From contig NC_083229.1 in NCBI RefSeq assembly GCF_032191835.1, positions 992,001 to 1,056,000 on the forward strand: a stretch of 64,000 nt of DNA, given 5' to 3'. Below the pieces are notes generated by a model. It did no database searches. It saw nothing but the letters and a program-made list of their open reading frames with translations, and was not told the origin of the DNA. Shown one piece after another: positions 36,401 through 45,400 of the stretch (positions within the stretch are counted from its first letter, which is position 1; each line of letters starts with the position of its first letter). The DNA is from Heteronotia binoei (taxonomy: Eukaryota). The translations under genes were made by a program, and so were the position numbers.

Positions 36401-39400
36401 AACCTGCCTCACAAGGGGCTGGGGAGGAGGAAATGGAGGAGGGGAGAACCATATGGGGTAGTCGGAGATCAGCCGAGCTTCCGGGATGCATCCAGGGCAC
36501 CTTCCCTTGGTGTTCACGAGCCCTCAAAGTACATTCAAAAGCTGTGAGAAGGTGGGAGAGCCACAGACTGGGGCCACGGATCCCTTCCTCTGGGACTCCA
36601 CTTGTGACATGGGGCGTGGGGTCCAAAGAGGGTGGTTTTGTTTGTTTTAGTTTTGGGCACCACATTTTAAGAAGGCTCTAGACAAGCTGGAACGGGTCCA
36701 GAGGAGGGCAACGAAGATGGGGAGGGGTCTGGAGACCAAGTCCTATGAGGGAAGGTTGAAGGAGCTGGGCATGTTTAGCCTGGAGAGGAGACGGCTGAGG
36801 GGTGATAGGATCACCATCTTCGAGTACTAAGGGCTGTCATATAGAGGAGGGTGTGGAATTGTTTTCTGTGACCCAGAACTAGTGGGCTGAAATTAAATCA
36901 AAAGAGTTTCTGTTTAAATATAAGGAAGAACGTCCTGACAGAGCGATTCCTCAGTGGAACAGGCTTCCTCCTTGGGAGGTGGTGGGCTCTCCTTCCTTGG
37001 AGGTTTTTCAATAGAGGCTAGATGGCCATCTGACAGCAATGAGGATCCTCTAAATTTAGGGGGAGGTATTTGTGAATTTCCTGCATTGTGCAGGGGGTTG
37101 GACTAGATGATCCTGGGGGTCCCTTCCAGCTCTATGATTCTAATTGCACTACTGCAGATGCGCAGTAGAGTCCAGCAAGTGCCTTCCATTTACAACTTCA
37201 TAGTTCAGGTTCTGAATATGCATTTTGGCCTTAGTTTGTTGAGTGAAAGGGAACAGAAAGGAACTCGGGGGGGGGTGTTGAAATTGACAATGCTTTTTTT
37301 AATTGACAAGCAGCTGCAAAGCCCCCTTTTCCCTATTGTTGAGCACTTGGGGGATTCTCAGCCACTGTGAAAAATGGGAATGTGTCACGTGATCTCCTAA
37401 AGGGGGCCTTTTCGATCGCTTCCCCCCACTGGTGGAACAACTGCCAGGGGAAGTGCAGGCCTTGTGGGATCTTGGCCAGTTCTGCAGGGCCTGCAAAACC
37501 ATCTTCTTCCAGCTGGCCTTTAGTTAACAGAGTTACATACTTGATGTCAGCTAGAGATCAGTCAAATCGCCCTTTGTCAAGAAACCTCGACTAAAGACCA
37601 ACATCACTACTCTCCCCCCACCAAAAAATAAATCCTAGGCTTTCAACAAGGTACCTCACCAAAGAGTCCCAAGGAAACCTAGCAGTTGGGACTAGGGCAC
37701 AGGGCCTCCCCACATGGATTGAAAACTGGTTAAAGAACAGGAAAGCAAAACAGAGGCATAAATGGACAATTCTTGCAGCAGGGGAGGGGGGGGCACAGAC
37801 ACAGACAAAAAGAAATGCTTATTGACTCAAGGATAGTTAAACAGTGGAATTCACACTTGTAGATTTAAAAGGTTAGATTTCTAGCAAGGAGGTCCATCAA
37901 TGACTACATGACCCGGCTAGCAAAGGGAACTTGCACCTGCAGAGGCAGTGCCCCTCGGAAACCCCCTGCAGCACCAGAGGAGGGACTTGGCCTCTGTGCC
38001 CCGTTTGTGAGCCTTCCAGCTTAACTGCTGTGCAGCAGGAAGCTGCAGCCGATACGTGCGCAGGGTAGGGCTGATCCAGCAGAGTCCTTCTTGTGTTAGG
38101 CCTTCATGCAAGAAGCACAAATTTCTGGTCCTGTCCCTGAAGCCGTGTGGGCAGGGCCAAGAGGGAGGCTGGTGTTTAGGGGGAGGGGTTTGTGAGTTTC
38201 CTGCGTTGTGCAGGGGGTTGGACTAGATGGCCCTGGAGGTCCCTTCCCACACTAGGATTCTACGGTGGTGCACTCAAGAATGAGCACACAGAAAGCAGGC
38301 AATGCAGCCAGACTGGTTAGAGCTGCCCTCGGGCAGACAGAAAAGGTCTTGGTTTGGCCTCCCAAAGCATCAGTCCCTCCTCCTCCTCATCCTCCCCCCA
38401 GTGAGAGCAGCTGGGCATCAGCACATGACACCCTGTCCTTACCAGCCTCCCCCCACCCCACAAACTGAAGCAGCCCCGATACCAAGCTGGCCTTTCTGGT
38501 CCACAGGAATCATTTAATAGAACAAGGTGCTCATTCTCCAAGAGTCTTCAAATGTACAAACACTTTACAGAAATAAAACCCGCCTGAAAAGGGCACTTGA
38601 AACTTCAACGCCAGACAAATCACAGTGTTCAGTGCAAGAAGGCGGCCAGTGGCCTCTCCCAGCATGCATCGCTCCACGGCACTCTCCCCCGTGGCTCACA
38701 GTGACACGAATGGCCCGAGGAGGCCAAGGCCTGCAGACTGAGACATGGCTGCGCTGCCAGAGCCCCAAAGGCACAGGCCCATCCCCGGGCAAGGGAAAGG
38801 GTCGGGGAGACTGCAGGGCAAAGGGGCCTCCTTCCCTCGCAGCTTCAGTGGCAAGTTTAAAAGGCAGAAGCTGGCTTGAAGTCAGCCCAAGAGGGGGGGG
38901 GGCTGCCCGCGCAGCCTCCAGCACTAGCGATGGCCCCCGCCAAGTGCTCTGGCATCTCCTCTCTCCGCAGCTATGGGATGCAGTGCCACGGCCAGGCAGC
39001 GCCTGCTTCTCAGAGGGCCAGAGGAAAGGAACCTGCTTCAAGGGTCACCTGAGCACAGGCAGCTTGTCAAGGTACCCCAGAATGCAGCAGGCTTGTGGTG
39101 GATCCTTCACAGAGGAACTGGGAGAAGGCAGAACTGGGGGGCCAGATCCCCTCCCCGCAAAAGCCTGGCTCAGGCCTGCAAGGTCCATCCCAGGGAGAGG
39201 TTCTTCCGCCCAAGAGCCAAACCAGACCCTTGAATGTGCAAGCTGTGGCCCCCTTTCTCAAGGAGGCTTTGGGTTTGCAGGACTGAGCCGGAAGGCAGAG
39301 GCCACAGACCATAATGCCCAGTCCTGAACTAGGGATGGGGTGCAGCAAGGCTCCTGCACCGTTAGGAGTGTCACTGCCACACAAGCCACTTGTGGCACCA

Positions 39401-42400
39401 CAGAGAAACCCTGAGCCCCTCTGCTCCCTCTTCTGCAGCACCCCACGGAACTGCCCCCTCCCCCCAAGGCTCAGTGGGCAACAGAAACATTGAACGGGGG
39501 ATTTTCAGAAGCAAAACAAGGAACCGGAGAGCCCGCCCATGGTCCAGCCTGCACTTGGCTCCTCAGGGCAGCCGCTGCTGCAACCGTCTCCCAGGAGGTC
39601 AAGCAACGCAGGCCCAGCTGCAAAGCAGGAGCTCTGCTGCTCAAGGCTCCGGGTGCCGGCTAGGAGAACTCCGAGGAAAGGTGGATGAAGTCATCCAGGG
39701 AGCCGGGGCCGCCGGCACAGGGCAGAGCAGAACTGTCTTCTCTCCTTCCCTTTTCCTGCCGCAAGAGAAAAAAGAAAGAAGAGAAGAGAGTCACGGGGTG
39801 TCGGGGCTCACCTGAAGAGGTAAAGGCCCAGAAGGAAATATGACTTTCCCCCTGTTTTTCCACAGTGGAGGGAGGAAAATGAATTTTTGGAATGCATCAA
39901 AAAAAAAAGAAGCCAACATTCATTTAGATTTCTTTTAAAGCAAGATTTTACTAAGAATGCGCAGCAGTGACATCTACTAAGGAATCTACCTCATTAGAGC
40001 AATTTTATGTATGCTGTGGGCACATATGCATTTTCAAGTATGTATTTATTGCTTACACGATTTGTCTATGGTAGGCTCTCTGGATAATACACTATCACGT
40101 AACACACCCAACACTTCCAAGTTGTAAAGCTGAACATCCAAAGGAGCGATGAGCTCTGCCACTTGCATGCTTAAGGCCTCTCTTCCCCCTACTTTTCAGA
40201 AGGCAACACACCAAGACACACGCATTACGGCAGCACAGAATACAACGCTTGGCAGTTCTCCCTTGCTTGTAGACAACAGCCTCTGCCCTTTGAAATCCCA
40301 TCAATGTGTCAAATATTAGTTATCAATGATGCACTTTATGTTGTTACAGCAAGAACAGTATTGCATGCTCGTTTTGGCAGCACATACATGATAGAGAAGA
40401 TTAGCCTGGCCCCTGCGCAAGGATGACACAAATTTGCAATGTTCCAATTCCAATTTTACTCCCCAAAAAACCCATTTGGAAAACGATGCAGGCCAAATCA
40501 TAGAGTTAGAAGTGACCTACAAGGTCATCTAGTCCAACCCCCTGCACGATGCAGGAAACTCATCAACCCCTCCCCCTAAATTCACAGGATCCTCATTGCT
40601 GTCAGATGGCCATCTAGCCTCTGTTTCAAAACCTCCAAGGAAGGAGAGCCCACCACCTCCCAAGGAGGAAGCCTGTTCCACTGAGGAATCGCTCTAAGTG
40701 TCAGGAATCCTAGAGTTGGAAGGGACCTCCAGGGTCATCTAGTCCAACCCCCTGCACAATGCAGGAAACTCAGCAACCCCTCCCCCTAAATTCACAGGAT
40801 CTTCATCGCTGTTAGATGGCCATCTAGCCTCCGTTTAAAAACCTCCAAGGAAGGAGAGCCCACCACCTCCCAAGGAGGAAGCCTGTTCCACTGAAGAACC
40901 GCTCTAACGGTCAGGAAGTTCTTCCTAATGTTGAACTGGAAACTCTTTTGATTTAATTTCAACCCATTGGTTCTGGTCGCACCTTCTGGGGCCACAGAAA
41001 ACAATTCCACAATTTTGTCTTGCTAAGAAAGTATGGCTGAAATCTGTTTCCGCAACGTGCTCCTTCAAACTGTCTAAACCGTTATCCTTCCCATGGCTTC
41101 AAAATTTGCAGAAACGTCAGGCATTCTCAGCTCAGCCTAGGCCTTCTTCACCAGGCCAGGGCCCCTTTCACCCCTCAGCATCTGGTTTCTGCCACGGCCA
41201 CCCCAGCAACACTCCAAGCCACACCAGCATCTCCTTCCTCAAGCATCTCACAAGCAATCAGCCCCAGGGGCCCAGTCACCCCACAAGCTGTCAGGTGGGA
41301 ACTCCCAGCCATGCTCAGCTACATGCCTGGGGTCCCTTCCCTTCCCTTGACCTGTGCCAGGCACTCCCACGCCACTGCCTCACATGGCCAACCACCGCCT
41401 GCCAGGAAGGGGGAGGAGGAGGAAGCCAGGAGTAACGTCACTTCTTGCATTTTCCCTCTCACTTCCCCACCACTAATTCGCAAACCAGTCTTAACATCCA
41501 CACAGAAAAAAGAACCCCACAGGCAGGCAAGGATCAGGTCACAAACACAACGAAAGACAGACGGTGCCAACGGAGGAGGGTCCAGCCAGGCAGCCCCTGG
41601 GCAGAGGCAGAAGCAGCCACCTTACCTGCTGGTACCGCACAATCCCCTCCTTCTCCTGCTGCATCCGCCACAGCTCCATTTCATCGGGTCTGTAGCTGCC
41701 AGGAACCACATAGCTGGCAGGCCGGTCGGTGCTGCACATTTCACAGCCGGGGCGGGTGGGCTTGTTGATGAAGGTGCAGGTCGGACAGGACCAGCCGGCC
41801 TGTAAGGTAAGTGGAGGAAGAGGCCCATGGGATCCCCCCAACTGGCTCCACACAGCCGTGGCCCAGAAGGCACAACGTGGGAAAGGGAGCCCTCCAGGGA
41901 AGAGGGGCAGCCCTGTGGGAGGGAGGCAAGAGAGTCTACCTGGACAGGGGAAGGGGGGGCAACAGCTGCAGCCGGAAGAGCTGGAGGCTGGTTGGGAAGG
42001 AGGTCGGTCAGCTGCAGCACACTCAACCTCTCCTCGATGTCATTCTTCTTACTTCCATGAGACGCACCTGCTGGCCAGAAATGCATCAGGGAGAAGCGTT
42101 ACCTACTTGCAGCCAACAGCCTGCTGATCCAGACAAGCCCTGGCCTCGGGGAATGAAGCCTCGGTTCACCCACCTGTCTTTGGCAGAGAGTTGGACGAAG
42201 GCCGCCCAGCGTTGGAGCCATCCGAGAGCGACGAAGGGGCCGGCTGCAGCACCACCCAGTCTTTGTCCTCTTTGTAGCGCTGCTCCGAGAGACTGGCCAC
42301 TTTTGCAGTCAGCAGGTAGAGAAAGGCCGTGTCTCCATCCTTGCGAATCCCGTAGGAGCCCACTGTCCGGTCGTCGACACAGAGGCACTGACCAATAATC

Positions 42401-45400
42401 CAGCGCTGGACACTGGGGTGGAACCCATAATCCTGAAAGACCTTGGAAAGGACAGAAAACAGAGGCAAGGTTAGGACTAGAAAAGCCGCAGTTGCTCGTC
42501 TCTCTTTTGCAGCACTCAGAAGATCTTGGGACTCTTCTCTGACATCTTTCTTGAGGCTGAAAGGCAGAAGAACAGGTTTCTCTGGGGTCCCCTTTCTGCT
42601 TCCCAGTCCTTGGACTCCATCCCCACACTACCTTCTGCCTGAGAGCCGCGATTGTGGTGTGCGTCTGCACCGGGATGGTGATGTTGGCTGAGCACATAGC
42701 ATCCTCCACGCCCACCTTCATGCTACAAGAAAGAACAGCCGTGAGCAAGATGGCACGCTGCAAGATGACCCTGGCCCAAATCACTACTGCCAAAGCCAAG
42801 CTTCCCCTCCCCCGAGCTCCATGCTCCACACACACCTGATCTCACTCGCGGGGTAGCAGGACTCCTTTGGAAGGATGCGCAGAGCCGCTTGTTGCTGAGC
42901 CAGTGCTGTGGCACATCGAACAGCCTCTTCCTGGTTCCCAAGTTCAATAGCCGTGGAAAGCTGGAAAGCCAGGTCTTCTAAGGAGATACGGACACAAAGG
43001 CAGGCAAAAGTCAGCCACCCTTCCACCCCATCTTGGCTGGACAGGCTGCCCCCTCCACCTCGTGGGGTGATTTCAGTGAGCCACACACCCTGTTCCCTTC
43101 TCAGCTTGAAGAAATGGCTGCATTCTACAGGCTTTCCTCCACTATGCATTGGTGCACTCCCCAAGCCGATTTCTAAGAGCTCCAAAGAGGCTGCTTGCTT
43201 TTATAGTAACACATTCTTCTTACTCGCTCCCGTTGCCACTAGCCAACAATCTCTCAAGGAGCCCACCTGTTTCAAGCACCAGTTCCCTAACCCAAAGCGG
43301 GCAGAAGGAAGTTCCCAGCCAGCCCACTGATGCCTCCTTCCACAAGGCCTGGGCGGACTAGGTAGCCAAGGAAGCAAGTCTGATCAGCTGAGAAAGCAAA
43401 AAAACCCAAGCCTCACTTTTTTTCTAGCAGAAAGACCGGGCAAATTTCCCAGGCTGCACAATTTAGATCTTTCTTAGTAAGTTTCCTCAGTATTCATTCT
43501 CCACCGCAGCTGGCACGCAACGGCTCCAGAGGGAGCCACAGGCCGCCCTCCACCTGCACCTTTCCCAGTCAAGCTGGCCACCAACCTTTCCTGGCCAGTT
43601 CCGCAGGCAGAGAGCCCTCAGGCTCTGACACAGGCAGAGAGTTCGTAGCAGCTGAAAGATTATGAGGAGACCGTCCTGTCGCCACGTGGGGGCCCTCCGC
43701 AGCTGGGGAGAGACAAGGAGAACAATCTCAGAGGACAGAAGCCCTCGGCTCCTCAGACCAGCTCAAGAAGGGGGCAGGCCTGAAATCCTAACACTGGTGA
43801 GAAACCAAAGCAGAATACAAAATGCTTATTGCGGGCAAAGAACGAATCTACTGGTTCGTGTTCCCTAGGAAGTGCTCGTTCCAGCTAAAACCAGCTGCTG
43901 CATCCAGCAGAGGCTACTGGCAGCCTGGCACACCACCCTGAATCACAGTACTGATCTTTGATGGGGGACACTGTGCATGAGAAATGAGAGGGACGGCAGT
44001 TCACAAATGGCTGCAGGATCTGAAAGCAGCTATTCCTCTCAAGGACAGGATGGGCAATGCCTGGGGAGTGCATCCACAGGCAACTCCTGGGTGTACACCG
44101 GGCACTACCAGCAAATCTCTGTACATGTTTCACAGGGCCAGAAACCTGACACAGCCCCACACATCAGATTGGTGCAGCCTGTGTACTGCTCGCCAAAATC
44201 ATTTGGAACAGTACAACATAGTCTCTGGCTTGTGCGATCTGAAGCCCCTCATCACAATGCAGAGCTGTACTGCAACGCCTCCTCCGACTAATGCTACCGG
44301 GCTGTGGTGGATCCGGCCCACGAACCCACACTTGTGGTCCCAGTGGAGCAACATCTTGTCACATGGAGGATGCACGCCCCTTGCCTCCTGGCCACAGAAA
44401 TGTGCTTTGCATGAGCCAGCCAGCTCTTCTAGCCAGAGTAGGGACCACAAATGAGCCCCTCCCTGAGACTTGCCAGGACCTTCCTGGGCAGCAGCTGACC
44501 TTTCTGGACCTCCCAAAGGGAGCTGCTGACGACTGCCCACCACTTCTGGGCCTCGTGCTCATCCTCAAAATGAAAGACAATGGGGTCATCCGGGCGAGCC
44601 AAGACTTTCAGCTCATGGCATGTGGGCGTCTTCACTTCATAGGAAATCTCTCTGAGGCTGTACTCCACCAGGCTCTAGAGGCAAAATATAAGAACATCAG
44701 AAGAGCCCTGCTGGATCAGAACGATGATCCATCTAGTCCAGCATCCTGCCTCACACAGCAGCCAGCCAGTTCCCCCGGAGGGCCAACAATTGGGCAGAGA
44801 GGCCGAGGCCTTCCCCTGAGAAGAGCATCAGAAGAGCCCTGCTGGAGCAGAACAGGGAGGGTCCATCTAGTCCAGCCTCCTGTCTCACACAGGGGCCAGC
44901 CAGTTCCTCTGGAGGGTCAACAATTGGGCAGAGAGGCTGAGGCCTTCCCCTGAGAAGAACATCAGAAGAGCCCTGCTGGGTCAGACCAGGGAGGGTCCAT
45001 CTAGTCCAGCCTCCTGTCTCACACAGAGACCAACCAGTTCCTCTGGAGGGCCAACAACAGGGCAGAGAGGCTGAGGCCTTCCCCTGAGAAGAACATCAGA
45101 AGAGCCCTGCTGGGTCAGACCAGGGAGGGTCCATCTTGTCCAGCTTCCTGCCTCACACAGTGGCCAACCAGTTCCTCTGGAGGGCCAAGAAAAGGGCAGA
45201 GAGGCCGAGGCCTTCCCCTGAGAAGAACATCAGAAGAGCCCTGCTGGGTCAGACCAGGGAGAGACCATCTAGTCCAGCCTCCTGTCTCACACAGTGGCCA
45301 ACCAGTTCCTCTGGAGGGCCAGCAACAGGCAGAGAGGCTGAGGCTTTCCCCTGATGTTGCCTCCTGTCATTCAGAGGTTAACAGTCTCCAAATGTGGAGG

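Noticed and set aside
40365-40456. Functional U6 snRNA gene
   Set aside because: Internal deletion, substitutions and no clear upstream PSE/TATA.
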